64,000 nt of DNA from Felis catus (GCF_018350175.1 NC_058373.1:113524001-113588000); one strand, 5' to 3'; shown: positions 35,342-49,589, counted from the stretch's first letter. Numbers and translations are program-made. The notes: a model not told the origin generated them from the sequence alone.

Positions 35342-38107
35342 AATAAAGATGCTAATGTGATTCAGTAAAATTAAGGTTGTATTTAAAGGGATCACCAAAA
35401 AAAGTGTTTTCATATTGTAATCCTGAGAACTAGTCCAAACTCATGTCAACAAAAAGAGCTGTAACATCTGCGTGTCTTCGTTCAAGAGTACCCTTGGAAG
35501 AGTAAACCTGTGAAGCACTGCCAAATCTTTACAACATTTAAGAGGGATGATTATCCCCAGATCCTTGCTCTAAATACTAAGAAAGGATGTAACACATTTT
35601 TACATTATTGGTATTTCCTGACTCATTTCTATGCTTTGTTCATGATTTAAGGAGACCAAGTGTCCTCCTTGAGTGGGGCAGTTTTGTTTGAAAGTGACTA
35701 TTCTACTATCCCAGAAAGGTAGGAGCAGGATGCCAGAGTCCTATTTTGACATCCCGAGTTTTCCTCAAAACAGTTAAATATACAATTCTTTTTCTTTCTT
35801 ATTGGCAAGGTTAGCTGTGGCCTACAAGATCACAGGAGCTAATAAGGCAGGGTTGTAAACTTAAATGCCTACAAGGGCTGGGCATGTAATAGAGATGCAT
35901 AAACAGTGAAGTACAAGACATAAATACTTGATTAGTCAATTTTGGCTGCTTACACTGCTTGCAACAGTAGCAGACATTTATTTTTCTTGCTCATGGGTCT
36001 GTAGGTTGGCCAACATGGGTCTCATCTCCTTCAAAATATTGTCAGGTTAACGTCTGCTCCATGTGTAACAACAGCAGCAGGATTACCAGGGAGAAATTTC
36101 TAATTGGTGTTCCTTGAATATAATCCACAGACATGATTTGTTTATCCTGCCCAGTGTTTTAAAAGGCAAGATAACCAGGCCCGTGTCCTAATACAGGAGT
36201 TTAGCAGATGTGGTTGATTGGATCATTGTTCCTAATTCTTTACTCATTTCCTGCTTTAGAAATAAACTTTGGTCTCCATAAAGGTTTCATGGAGTCTTTT
36301 ATATGGCACAGGTTATATGGTTGTTAAATGAACGATTATGTCCCTTGATACTATCTGATGTTTTTTTTTTTTAACTGTAAAACTTAGGGTACTTGTCATT
36401 TTCATGTCCTCCTGTGTTTTTCTGCTCTGGCCCCCTCCTTTCTCTTTTTCCCTCCCTTCCCACGTACTTGAAAAACAGCAGTTGTTAATATAAAATAAGA
36501 GGGAGTGGTGGAGAGAATCCAAGGGATAAAATCTTCCATATGTTGATGTAAAGTAATTTAAGATCAAGTTTTTTTTCACAAGGTAAAGTGTTACCTGACC
36601 TTTCTGAGATTGTTTGCTTTTGTTTGTTTGTTTGTTTTAGGATTTGGAGAATTATTTATTTTTTTAAATGAATTTGGTAGGTCTGAAGACCTAATTATAT
36701 TTCTACATAATTATAGAGCAAATGGAGACAAATGATGGGTGAAGGGTGTCATTAAAAAAAATGATATGAATTTTCCATAAGCTCTTTCTCAGATCAGAAC
36801 CAGGCAGTCCTTAAATTTCCTCTAGTGAAGTATTGGCTTGGCAGATCCCCCATCCTGTTGCCCCCATCTTCAGTGTCAGGAGAGTTAACTTGGTTTTAGG
36901 TCCTAACAGGTCCAGGTTTCACATTCATCTCAACCGTTCAGTCTAACTTAAGAGTAAGATAAGTAGGCTTCATTTCTACTTTAGTACAATTAGACTTTCT
37001 TTTCTTGTGAATAATTCTCTTTCTCCTTTAAACTGATTATTAATATTTGCTTCCTTGTTCATATTTGGGTGATCTTTACCACTTCATCTTCTTTCAGTTC
37101 TTTTACATTTCTCAGGCAGAGTTGCAACTCAGACTTGATATGAAGCTGATTGTACTTTACTGGTGTCTTCTGTGTGTAAATGTGGTATTCACTTTGAGTT
37201 TCCAAGAAGCAAATAACTGAGACTATTCTGGTTTGGCATGTTCTCTCTTTCTAACCACCATTGGAGCTGAACCTGGGAACTGAATACAACTTGAAATTTT
37301 GTGGTTTGGCTGGTAGAATTCAGAACTAAACTATCTGAAGCTAAAAATTATTAATGTTGAAATGTTTTAACCCACTAAGTAAACCTGAAAAAATAATGAA
37401 ATTTAACTCCAGTCAACCCATCAGAATTGCATACAACATAAATTTTTTTGAGTCTAGGAAAAGAATAAAAAATATATGAAGAGGATTTGAGATTGCTAAA
37501 GAATTAGAATATTCTAATGAAGTTATAGCTTAAAGTAAATGTAGTTATCCAACTTTGAATGCAAAGTAAAAACAAAACAAAACAAACAAACCCAGAAATG
37601 TTATGTTATTCCCATAACATTTTACCTTTCCCAAGACTATACTGAATAGTACCTGAAAATAATGAAGTAGAAAAAATGCCAGTTATATTTGTTTAACTTT
37701 TCAGATTTTTTTACATGTTTTCTTTAAAAATGGAATAATAAGAGAATACCTTACATTTTCATGGGACTTGATATGTTAACTGAATGTTTTCATATATATC
37801 ATTTTAATTTAAATGGTGACTTTTTTACCTTTCCACTAAAAATCACAAAGCATTTAATGGGTTTAAGCTCATTAAATCTTAGAACATAATCTAAAACCTG
37901 GCATGTAGATGTATGTGTAGAAAGGCAGTGCCGTATTCTTTCATTAGTTAGCACTCTGAAGAGTAACCATTTTTCATTGTCTAGATCCACATTCAACTTT
38001 TGCTGACAAGTTACCTTTCCTCTGTTATCTGATGATTAACTTGATCCATGCTGTCTTTGATAATGCTAAAAGGTCCATGAAGAGTGTTTGGGGCTCTTTA
38101 AAACTAG

Positions 38108-38916
38108 CAGTTTCCAAAGCAGAATATGTAAGATGGTTCATTAGGTTGTGGGAAAAAACTTTTGACTTTTTATTGGTATTTCAGCCTAAAGAATGAAATA
38201 AACTTTCATTAGTATTTAATACATAGATTGATAGTGGCATCCTTACTTGGTCTGTCACACTGTCATGTGTCAGGTATAGTCCATGAGGAAATGATACAGA
38301 AGGTTGACAGGGGCACTTTGCTGTAGCTTTATTTTCAACATACTGGGATGAATTGTAGTTCTACATATACCTAGTTAGGTGGATTTTGGATTTAACTAAG
38401 CCAAATCTCACAAAACAGACAAATGACATAAAAAGAACCCTGCAAAGAAACTATAGATTGAAGACCATACTATAATGGGCTAAAAGTGAACCACATGCAT
38501 AGACAAATCAGAGCTGATGATCATCCCATGACTGATAAAGTGAAAGTTAGTGACAATCTAATTCCATCTGAGAAGACATCCAAAAAAAAAATTGAAATTC
38601 TGAAGACAATTTGATATATGGAATTATATCCATTATCATTAATAATGAAACTTTCATTATTACAAAACTGTTATTTTGTCCCTTGAAATACTGAGTAATG
38701 ATAGTAGGAAGGCATCATAATTAAGAAACACACAGGATAGGAAGACAAACTTCTGTAAGTTTTTCAGTGACATTTAAAGTCATGTGATACAGGGGCACCT
38801 GGGTGGCTCAGTTGGTTGAGTATCTGACTCTTGATTTTGGCTCAGGTCATGATTCCAGGGTCTTGGGATTGAGCCCTATGTGGGGCTCCACTCTTGAGTG
38901 TGGAGCCTGCTTAAGA

Positions 38917-38967
<51 letters not shown>

Positions 38968-41460
38968 TCTCCCCCAACCTCTCTCTCTCTCTCAAATAAA
39001 AAAAAAAAATAATAAAGTCATATGATACTTAAGTCAATATCTAGAAAAACTTCACTAAAATTAATAATAGACATTTAAAAGCCTCTTTTGTGTTTTTTTT
39101 TAATAGTAAAAGACCAAATGTCATACGTTATTAATAACGTTAGGAACACAGTATCCTTCCTTATAGTAAAATGAATGAAATAAAACATAGGAAACAATAT
39201 GGCAACGATTTAAATGGATCCTTTTGTGAACAAATACTGTCAGAAGTAATATAGAAATCATTAGAGATGGTTTGAAGCATTAAGGATTAAAACAGATTTT
39301 CCAATGTGGGAAGATGCTATGTAAGTACAGAGGTTTCTACCATGACCCAGATTATCATACTAGCTAGATTTTGTTTCAGTAATGAAATACAGGAAGAACT
39401 AAATTTTTTGTGTGTGCCATTAAACTAAAGATGGATCAGAGAAGATATATTCCCTCAAATAAACCTCCTGAACATACAATGTTTATATGACTTCTTGAAT
39501 ATAAATGATTTCTTAGAACATAAAACAGTGTTTATGGGAGAATTGCCTGGGGTAATGCTAATGTTCTGACTCAGGGGTTTAGATTACATATGTGTATACA
39601 TTTGTTGGAACTCATCAAATGGTAAACTTAAGAGTATGCATTTTACTGTATGTAAAATTTACCTTACAAGAAAAAAAGAATCATACATATTAAACTCATG
39701 TTAATGATATATATGCTGAATTGTTAGGGGAAAGTATATTGATGTCTCTGACTTGCTTTAAAATGCATGGAAAATACCTGCGATGGAGGGATGCCTGGCT
39801 AGCTCAGTTGGTGGAGCATGTGACTCTTGATCTTGGGACTGTAAATTTGAGCTCCATGTTGGGTGTAGAGATTACTTAAAATCTTAAAAGAAAATAATAA
39901 AAAAAACCCCAACAAAATCTGAGATGGATTCATGAGTGGATGGATGGAGGGATGGATTGATGGATAGATTAGTCTAGTCTAGTCATAGAATAGTAAAAAT
40001 GGTATCTAAGATTCTTTAAACTTTTCTGTTGCATCATCCTTAGGCAATCTGTAGCAACATAGAGGTTGATTCTTCAACTTCAACTTCAAGTTGATAACAA
40101 TGATCAGTGTTGTTGATTTTTACAAAAACCTGACTGGTTAAGTGTGGAATCTCTATAGCACTCTGTAATGAGATGGGGACTGACCATAAAAATCATTTGA
40201 ATCACAATGCCTTCTTTGGTGATCTCACAACAAGGAGTGTAAAAGAGTTGTTGAATTTAAGGATGGGTGAAGCATTTTTTAAAATAAAAAGACAAGATAT
40301 GTCAAATTTTCTGACCTTTTTGAAATGACAGGTGGCTAGGCAATATGCTTCCTAGCAGATTAAAAATCAACCAACCAACCAGTGGTACACTCTTAAAACA
40401 TCCCTTCAAAGTAAAAGTAATGTTTTAACAATGAGTAAGAAAATACAAGGAAAACTTTGGTTTGCAAGCATAGTTTGTTCCGGGAACATGCTTTTAATCC
40501 AAAGCACCTGAATATCAAAGTGAATTTCAAGAACCATTGGCCCAGTTATGATCACGTGATGTTCGGCGTCATATACTACTCGTATTGCAAGACATTGCTC
40601 ATTTATTAAGTTAAAGTTTATTAGAAATATTTGCTTGTCTTGCAGAATACTCGCAGAACAAATTACTCACAATCCAAGCTTTTACTATAATTGCCTTTTT
40701 GAAGGCAGATTAAAATGCAGAGTGTTTTTAAAATCATTGCTTAGAGGGGCGCCTGGGTGGCGCAGTCGGTTAAGCGTCCGACTTCAGCCAGGTCACGATC
40801 TCGCGGTCCGGGAGTTCGAGCCCCGCGTCAGGCTCTGGGCTGATGGCTCGGAGCCTGGAGCCTGTTTCCGATTCTGTGTCTCCCTCTCTCTCTGCCCCTC
40901 CCCCGTTCATGCTCTGTCTCTCTCTGTCCGAAAAATAAATAAATGTTTAAAAAAAAAAAATCATTGCTTAGAAATATTTCTTTTATGATATTATTTTTGT
41001 TGTCAAAGATATGTGTGTCTTATGAAAACTTTGTTATCTGCACACTTAAAAAATTGTAACAGTATTTTCTATACTGTTGAAAAATCTTCCAAATAAAGAG
41101 TTTTTATTTTTGAACCAATTGTTAAAAATCTCAAAATGTAGTATCTTTTGATTCTGTTGTAAGAACAATTGATTGACATGAGGAAAGACGGAAATTTATT
41201 AGCCAAAGTTCTATAAAAATTTTTGCTATTTGATGGAAGTTACTGGAAAATGAAAATAGCAAGTACAACAAGTAATGTATTTTAAAAATTTTAGCCCTTG
41301 CATGTTTGCAATTGTTCCTTTCTCAACTATACAGACATGGCATTGAAGTACTGAAATGAGTGGAACTTAGGACTTGACATTTCAAGCACTGAATTACAAA
41401 ATAATTAAAGAATAATATAATTCCATTTGTTATTTTCATTATTATAATTGCATCACTAAA
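38108..41460 (+). mobile_element. Decayed hAT-Charlie DNA transposon with nested SINECs (~38792-39010, ~39788-39900, 40746-40956), an L1 fragment and a MITE
   Basis: CAG-type terminus; degenerate transposase-like peptides EILSNDSRKAS*LR (compare LSNESMKPSKLKRH) and ..EDIF; SINE TSD AAAATCATTGCTTAGA. Confidence 0.6.
40446..40687. mobile_element. Tc1/mariner (Tigger-like) MITE, ~240 bp
   Basis: TA flanks; imperfect TIRs CAAGGAAAACTTTGGTTTGCAAG and CTCACAATCCAAGCTTTTACTA. Confidence 0.65.
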
Positions 41461-41519
41461 AGTGTTAAGTTTTTATGAGAATGAAAAGATTTGTATAACT
41501 AAGAAATAAGATATGTAAC

Positions 41520-41735
41520 TATTTTTATTTTTTAAAAAATGTTTATTTTCTTCTTGAGAGAGACAGAGAACATGAGCAGGGGAGGGGCAGAGAGAGAGGG
41601 AGAGAGAATGCCAAGCAGGCTCCGCACAATCCACATGGAGCCTGACGCAGGGCTCCATCCCACGAACCACAAGGTCATGACCTGAGTTGAAATCAAGAGT
41701 TGGATGCTCAACCAACTGGGCCACCCAGGATCCCC
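41520..41735 (-). mobile_element. SINEC
   Basis: Reverse-complement SINEC head and body. Confidence 0.88.
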
Positions 41736-41752
41736 TAGTCTAAATTTTAAAA

Positions 41753-41908
41753 CAGTAGTTCTCAAAAGTGTATAACAGCATACGCAACACTTGGGAATTT
41801 ATTAGAAGTGTAAATTCCCAGGCCACATCCCAGACCTACTGAACCAGAGATTCCTGTTAATAAGCTTGGTAGGCAATTCCAATGCTCACTTAAATTTGAG
41901 AACCACTG
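41753..41908. mobile_element. MER5A-like hAT MITE
   Basis: TIRs CAGTAGTTCTCAAA...TTTGAGAACCACTG; internal cccagacctactgaaccaga. Confidence 0.8.
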
Positions 41909-42993
41909 GCACAAATGGTGTAGACTCATGGGTCATCCCTTCTTACTTCTTCCTACTTCATGATGTATCTGGGACAGTTTATTCATATTTGTAGTCTGTC
42001 TTAGTCTTAGCTTAGACTTTTTCCTGTCTCCCTGAGATTGTTTTCTCTCCTCCTCTCCTGTTCTTTTCCCTTCCTTTGTGAAAGATTGTGTTAAAAACAG
42101 TGTTATTTTCACAAAAGGGATAGTGTTTTGATTCTTAAAGTTTGTATGCCATAGCCAATGTGACAAATAGTGTATGTTTAAAGGGGATGTTTTTAATATT
42201 TTCAAATTAATTTTTGTTAACTACTTTTAGTTGACTTGAATATGCATGTATATGAATTTTCCTCTTTTTTTCCCATCTCTATTCTCCTGATTTCACATTT
42301 TATAATTGCAGAAAACTTTCCACAAAGTAAAATTTCAAAACACACACTTCCAAGTATGAGTCACCTAGGTTCAACAATTGTTGAATTTTGTTACATTTGT
42401 TTTATCTCCCTTTGTACGCACATGCACACACACACACACACACACACGTGTGTGCGTGCATGCCTTTTTTTTTATGCTAAAGCATTTGAAAATAAATTGT
42501 ATACATCAGCACTCTACTCCTAACTTCTTTACTCTGCAGAATAAAGATCAAAGTAGCTTTTTAGGGGACTAGTACAAAATTGTTCTAAAAGGCTAATTCA
42601 TGAGGAATGCTAAACCAAATATTAAAGCCTCTTAAATATTTTCAATTTCCTTCCATAAATGTCTTAATGAGGAAAAGATATAGAACTCTTGGTTCTGAAT
42701 GTATAAATGTACCCTCCAGCATCTCTCAACCAAAGTTTTTCATCTGAGTTACAGAACACAGAACATGATTTGAAGTGACTGTTTTCTCATTTTTCCCAAG
42801 GATACTACATAACTAGTACCAATCCAGATACACAGGGGAGAAGTTAATTCCTTACATACAATAGATGTATTAAAATGTTCTTTATGAGAACCCAGGTTAG
42901 TGGGGCTGTGCATATGGCAAGTTCTTAAAAGAATTTTGCTTTGACTAGCTTGTGATGTTTATTCAAAGAACTTTTTTTTTTTTTTTTTTTTAG

Positions 42994-43130
42994 ATTACAG
43001 GCCCACCAGGTTGTGGAAAAACTCAGTTTTGTATGATGATGAGCATTTTGGCCACATTACCCACCAACATGGGAGGATTAGAAGGAGGTGTTGTATACAT
43101 TGACACAGAGTCAGCATTTAGTGCTGAAAG
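42994..43130 (+). CDS. RAD51B: RAD51B exon 5 (137 nt), ITGPPGCGKTQFCMMMSILATLPTNMGGLEGGVVYIDTESAFSAE; Walker A
   Basis: T20-ag acceptor; GPPGCGKT P-loop and YIDTE motif; donor AAG|gtggga. Confidence 0.97.
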
Positions 43131-43273
43131 GTGGGAGATTTTATTATTTTCCATTATAATGCTTAATTTTGTAATTTATTTATAGCACCTAACATTTTCA
43201 AACAGGTTAACATTTACCTTTTCCCTGTGAGAACTCAAAATGCTAGATACAGTCTTAAATGAATTTTCCTCTT

Positions 43274-43506
43274 TTTTTTTTTTTTTTTTTAATTTTTTTT
43301 TTTCAACGTTTATTTATTTTTGGGACAGAGAGAGACAGAGCATGAACGGGGGAGGGGCAGAGAGAGAGGGAGACACAGAATCGGAAACAGGCTCCAGGCT
43401 CTGAGCCATCAGCCCAGAGCCCGACACGGGGCTCGAACTCACGGACCGCGAGATCGTGACCTGGCTGAAGTGGGACGCTTAACCGACTGCACCACCCAGG
43501 CGCCCC
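43274..43506 (-). mobile_element. Young SINEC_Fc about 140 bp downstream of RAD51B exon 5
   Basis: Perfect TSD TGAATTTTCCTCTT (43260-43273 / 43507-43520). Confidence 0.95.
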
Positions 43507-43766
43507 TGAATTTTCCTCTTAAAATTAACCCAGGAAGCAGTTTCTTTTTGTCTTTTCTATCCCTCTGTCATTGGTTTAAGTGGGGTTCCTGGATAAGCTG
43601 TGTTTTGCAGAAAGTCAGGAAGAAAGAAGTTTAAGAAACAGGGAGGGATGTAAGTGGAAATGGGGAAGAGGGAAAATTCATAAAAAAAGACAAAAGGTAA
43701 GCTGCTTTGTTAGTAATTCTAGTTGGAAGTTAGTGAATGGAAAAGTTGGAAATTTAAAAAAAAAAC

Positions 43767-43982
43767 ATTTTATAATGTTTATTTATTTATTTTGAGAGAG
43801 AGAGAGAGAGAGAGAGCGAGCAGAGGAGGGGCAGAGAGAGAGGGAGACAGAAAATCCCAAGCAGGCTATTCCACCCTTGGCATGGAACCCGATGTGGGAC
43901 TCAAACCCACGAACCACAAGATCGTGACCTGAGCTGAAATCAAGAGTCAGACACTTAACTGACTGAGCCACCCAGGCACCCT
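43767..43982 (-). mobile_element. SINEC
   Basis: Reverse-complement SINEC. Confidence 0.88.
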
Positions 43983-45325
43983 TCAAAATATTTTTTGATT
44001 GAGAAGTATTTCACTTTAATCTTTGTAATAGTATTGTATTAGATATAAAAAACACACTGATAGTGTATTTATGCTTGGAAAGAAAAGATTTCCTTACTTT
44101 GGCAAGGACCTTTAACATTCTATGAGAGCATTTGGTTATTTGTGTAATTCTGTACACTTGAAAATAAGTCTGGTCTCCCTCTGACCCTGCTCTGATTGAC
44201 ATTCATGAGCAGGAGTACTTATAGGTCTGGAGACTGATTCAGTTCTGTTCTTTTAGTCAAGGTATAGTTCTTTGAGTCTTTCTGTAACTGTGTCATTATG
44301 TGTAATTATGTCATTATGAATCACATCTCTCTCTTACTTCTAGGGATACTAGTTAGAGAGAAGTGTATTCCCTGGCCAGAGAAGTTCTAAGTGGATTATT
44401 TTGCCTGGAGCTTATTTGCTGTCTTCTACATCTCTTGGTTATCTATTCGAAGTATATGCCACTCATTTGTCAGTTCTATGAGCTTGTGTTATATCTTTGT
44501 ATCTTCAAAGCCAAATCTAGTGACTGACACATATTAACTGCTCACAAAATGTTTGATAAATGAATGAACTGACAGGTATTACTCTCATATTGTGGAATCC
44601 AGACACCGTTGCCTACTAAAAGGAATGAGGGTTCCTTGGGGGAAATGGCTGATACTAGCACTGGCTTAGGAAATTTTTAAGTTGAGTCTGAAACCTCATA
44701 TCAGGTAACAAGAGAGCCATCAAAGACTACTTAGGGGAATGTCAGAAGGACTCAGGAATCAACCTGAAGAGGCTCCTGCTGGCTAAAGATGAGACAAATT
44801 GACCACCAATAAGAATAATGATGACAGTAGATTAAAACCCATGAAATATGTTTAAATTCATGAGTTTATAATATTATGAAATGAAAAGCAACTAATAGAT
44901 CAGTGTCAGAGAATTCTGGAGAAGCAAATCATTATTTTGAAATGAGTTTTAAAAAAGGAAATCAAACATCTGTTCTTTTTCTGATTTATGAACTGTATTG
45001 CTGAGTAGCAAATAGGTCTTTTTTAAAATGTATGTTTTTGAGAGAGAGAGCAAGCGCATGTGCATGGGAGAGTGGCAGAGAGAGAGGGGGACGGAGGATC
45101 TGCAGAGGGCTCTGTGCTGACAGCAGAGACCCCAATGTGGGACTCAAACTCATGAACCATGGGATCATGACCTAAGCCCAAGTCAGATGCTCAACCAACT
45201 GAAGCACCCAGACACCCCCAAACAGGTTTTTTTATAGGAGTATTCCAGTAATAAATGAAGAAGGAATGATAGAATGTCACCAAATTACACACCCCAACAA
45301 TTTAATGGTTCTAGGCATTGAATAT

Positions 45326-46050
45326 TGTGGTATAATAAGAAATCCATATCTTTGTCCTGGTTCTTGTCCAAAGACCTTCTAAAACCTTTGGAAAACCTGA
45401 GTTTATGCTAATGAAGTGACTCTTGGTGGGCATCTGTATAGTTTCACATGGGAGCTGGTTGCCAATCATGTAATTATATGTTGGAGCTTTCAGTCCCACC
45501 CATCCCCCCAAACTCTGAGGAAGAGAAAGAGGCTGGTAACTGATTAATTGCCTATGGCCAATGCTTTAATCAACACTGCCTATGTAATGGGATCTCTACA
45601 AAAATCTCTAAATGGTAGAGTTTGGAGAGCTTCTGGGTTGGTGAACACATCAACGTGCTGGGAGGGTGGTGTGCCATGTGGTCCTCCCCAATCTTTTCAT
45701 GAGTTGTGTCTTTCATTCTTTGTGGTAACTTGGTAATAGTAAGTAAAGTACCTTCTTGAGTTCTGTGTGCCATTCTAGCAAATCATTGAAGCTGAGGGGG
45801 AGGGGTGTCAGAACTCCTGATTTGTAGTTGCTCAGTTGGTCAGAAGTACCAGAGGCCTGGGACTTGTGATTAGTCTCTCAAGTTGGGGGAGGGCAGTCTT
45901 GTGGGTCTGAGCCCTTAAACTGTGAGGTCTGAGCTAACTCCTGGTAGTTAAGTGTCAGACACCCACTTGGTGTCCACAGGGAATTGAAGAATTGTTTGGT
46001 ATGGAAAACCTAAACATTTGGTGTCAGAAGTGTTGTGAGTGAAAACAGTT
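45326..46050. mobile_element. MER21-like LTR within an old L1M 3' region (~44600-46540, which also holds a SINEC at ~45018-45218)
   Basis: tgtggtataataagaaat...ctaaaacctttggaa...catttggtgtcagaagtgttgtgag. Confidence 0.72.
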
Positions 46051-47574
46051 GATAAGCATAAAAGGCTACTAGCATCACAAAAGAAAACTAGTTATTCCTC
46101 CTGATGGAAGAATAGTCAAGCCTGAATGTGATCAAACTTTCAGATCCAGCTACCAGTTTGCAACATATACAGAGAAGAGAGGAACGTGTTAAATCAACAC
46201 CAGAGGGATGTAGTCAGCAAAATGAAAACTGTGGGAAATGATAGAACAAACAACCTCGTTTTTTAATTGTTAAGATTAAAAAAAAAAGAGGAGCATTCTT
46301 TGGATTAAAAGAGATTTGCAAGATATATTGCTCTTGTCATATTGTACACCTTAAACTTACACAAACAATATTACATGCCAGTTATATCTCAATTAAGCTG
46401 AGGATAAAAGATGTATTGGTCAGTTGTAATGTGATAGAGTTATTTGAATCTTAAGCAAATAAACGGTAAAAAAACAAAACAAAACAAAAAAAACCAGAAA
46501 CATACACACATATGGGGCCACTGGAAATCTGAACACTGAAATGTATTTGATGCTAACACTGGTAAAGAAAGACATTGGTTAACTCAGGTTGTCCAAAGGA
46601 AAGGTATTTTTTAAAATGTCAGTGACTAACCTTCAACTAACAAGCTAAAGGCAAGCTGGCAATGAGGTAAAATTTTAGTCCCTTTATTGGACTTATGTTT
46701 TGTAATTGTAAAGGAGCCTTTATGAAGGTCATTTGAGGATAGGGGTTGAAATTTATGTTTTTTACTTTTCTAGTCTATTCTCCACAAGGCCTGCAGAGTG
46801 TGGTCACCTGGCTGCCACCTGGATTGCCTTCTGAGGTGTGGTGATAGGTTCAGGTGGAATCAAAAGTACCAGTCCTCTTTTAACAAACTGCCTTCTGGAG
46901 TTTGTCATGGCAGGTCAGAGGATGGAGCTGGCTCTGTACTGCCTGGTCACACTTCATTTGTGCTGTTATAGGACTGCTTGACCCCTCTTTGGATTTATTG
47001 GGGAGAGTTAGTTAATCAGTTAGGAAAGCTTTCTGCTGCAAGTAACCGAATACCCAGCCAACAGTGAGTAGGTGGTTGCAGGCGCTGGTTCTGTCGCGCA
47101 GTGATGACAGAGAGACCTAGGGCTTCTATGTTTTTAGGCATCCCATACAGGCAGTGGGAAGGGAAAGGGCTAGCTATATGTTTTATCAGGAAAATTTGTT
47201 TTTTCCCAGAACAGCTGCCCCTTCCCCTCTGCTGATTTCCTTTTCATCCTCCAGAATCATCCTGCACATTTCGCACCGGGCCACCCCCATAGGCAAGGGA
47301 GGATGGGGAATGAGGGGAAAAAGATTGATATACATAATAAGCGTGTTGAGTTTCCCGGTCTGGTTAACATTGTTGCCTGAATAAAATTGGGTTCTCATAG
47401 CAAGGAAGAAGTGGAAATGGATATTGGTAGGTAATTAATAGTGTCTGCCATCATGGGATAGTTTCTGGACTTAGAGAAGAAGTAAAAGCGTGAAAATAAG
47501 AGACCCAAAAAGGAATATGTTTTAGCTTTCTATATGTCTCTGCATGTAGCAGTGTCTTCATTTTGTGCTTATAA

Positions 47575-47770
47575 GCAAGCTGTCTGGGTGGCTCAGTCAG
47601 TTAAGCTTCCGACTCTTGATTTAGGCTCAGGTCATATCTTATGGTTGTGGAAATTGAGCCCTGTGTTGGGCTCTGTGCTGAGTGTGCAGCCTGCTTAAGA
47701 CTCTCTCCGTCTACCCCCTCCCCTGCTCACACATACACTCTCCTGTCTCTTTCAAAAAAAAAAAAAAAAA
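47575..47770 (+). mobile_element. SINEC (diverged)
   Basis: ctgggtggctcagtcagttaag head and A tail. Confidence 0.85.
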
Positions 47771-49589
47771 GGGATTTACATACAGAAAATTTAGGATGAG
47801 TGATAAAAAGTGGAAAATAATTTTGGTTAATAAATTGCTAGATAGCCTTTTTACCGAGAAGGAGGGAGAAAACAGAGGGGTGAATAAAAATTACTTAAGT
47901 TTAAAATGCATTTAAAAACAAAAAGAGAAAACCTTGCAGGTAATGTACTTAAAAGCACTTTGGAAAGATTAGTTCTATTTTTTAAAGCAACACACTAGCT
48001 TATTTTTACATGTCTTTGAGAAGATAATCTAAAATAGTGTGTTAAGCATATTTGTTTACCATAGACTGAAATTATATCTCCAGACTGATTAATAATTATA
48101 TAATAGTAGAGTCTGGTACTAAACCCTCAGGTATTTGGGGACTGCCTTGAGGGGAGGAGAATGTTAAGCAGGCAGAGTTCTGGGTCCCCCTTTCTGACTG
48201 ATTCAGAAAAGTCTTTTTATTTGTTGGACTTATGCTTAAGATCTGATATAGTCTTAGACATGCTCTGCTTATATATACTTTGAGAATATAGATAAGTAGG
48301 TTAATCTAGTGAACTGTACAGAAATTTTGGCAACCATGAGAATTCTAGTATATGTGAATCGAGTGAATACTGTATTATCCCTATTGGAGATAATTAGGAA
48401 AAGATGAAACCAAAAGTTAAGAATAAAAACAGAGGGTGATATGGATGGTAAATAGTAATAGAGGTTTTTAGAATACAATTCTGGGAGAAATAAAATGGAT
48501 AAAGGAAGATAAAACTGGGTCTTAGAAATACAAATGGATTTGTGTATCAGGAAAACTGAGGGATTGAAACAAGAGATGGGGCCCAGGACTCTGGAAGGTG
48601 TGGACCTGGGGAGGTGGAATACAGGATTGGAAATTTAGGAGGTAAAAGTGGGTAGTCCTGAGTTGTCATGAAATCAGAAAAGCTTTGAAAACTAGGAAGA
48701 AATATTTGGTTCAACAGGGGAGGAAGACATTAATCAAATAATCACAAACATGTGAAACTGTAACTATTAACACTGTACAAAGGAGAGGTGTGTGTTGTAT
48801 TGGTACTGTGTGGGAGCAGTGGCCAAGCTTAGACCTGAAGAGCTGCATGGCACCTCTCAAGGCGCCAAGCACCCCACAGCCAATGCCCTCCAATTCCTAC
48901 TAGACTATTTAGAGTGTCACTCCTTCTGCATTTCAGTGTATCAGGAGGGAGGCATGTAGTGGTAGTGGCCAGCCATGACTTTAACTCAGTATGAAGGCAA
49001 TTATTGGTGTGGTCTTAGGACCATTTTCTTTTGCTTGTTGGCATGAATCCAGGATCTTTGACCTAGGGGGCAAACAATAGGGGAGATCAGTTCCCTCTTC
49101 CCATTTTTTGAGATGATTTCATGAGACTGGGTAGGTTTTCCTTAGTCTAATTTCAGCTGCCTTATCATTTGTGAATCTAGGTGAATTAGTGAGGAGGGAG
49201 ATCTTGAAGAGGCTCTATGTTAGAAAATGAAATTAGAAATAAGTACTTAGTACTAAAATAAAGCTTTGGAATTTTCTGGAATCTGTAAGGGACTAATAGA
49301 TTCACATTCTTATATTTGTATCACAGTGCTGAACAAATACATACTGAATAAATGAACAGGAAAATATTACACATGTATGAGAAGCTTTGAGAAACCATAA
49401 ACTTATATTTCAGCACATTTATAATGTTATATTTCAACTAGAACTTTGGAAAACTTTTTTTTTTTTTACATTGAGCATGTGTTTTGTTTCAAGTTGGCAT
49501 GTGGTCACTAATGTAAAGCTTTTAACTTTGCTTTTATACAAGAGCTGTGAAGTAACAGGGGGAACTAATAACAAAAACCTGGAACGAAT

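Noticed and set aside
39125..39140. Perfect 16-bp palindrome ACGTTATTAATAACGT
   Set aside because: About one 8-bp-arm palindrome is expected by chance in 64 kb, more in AT-rich DNA
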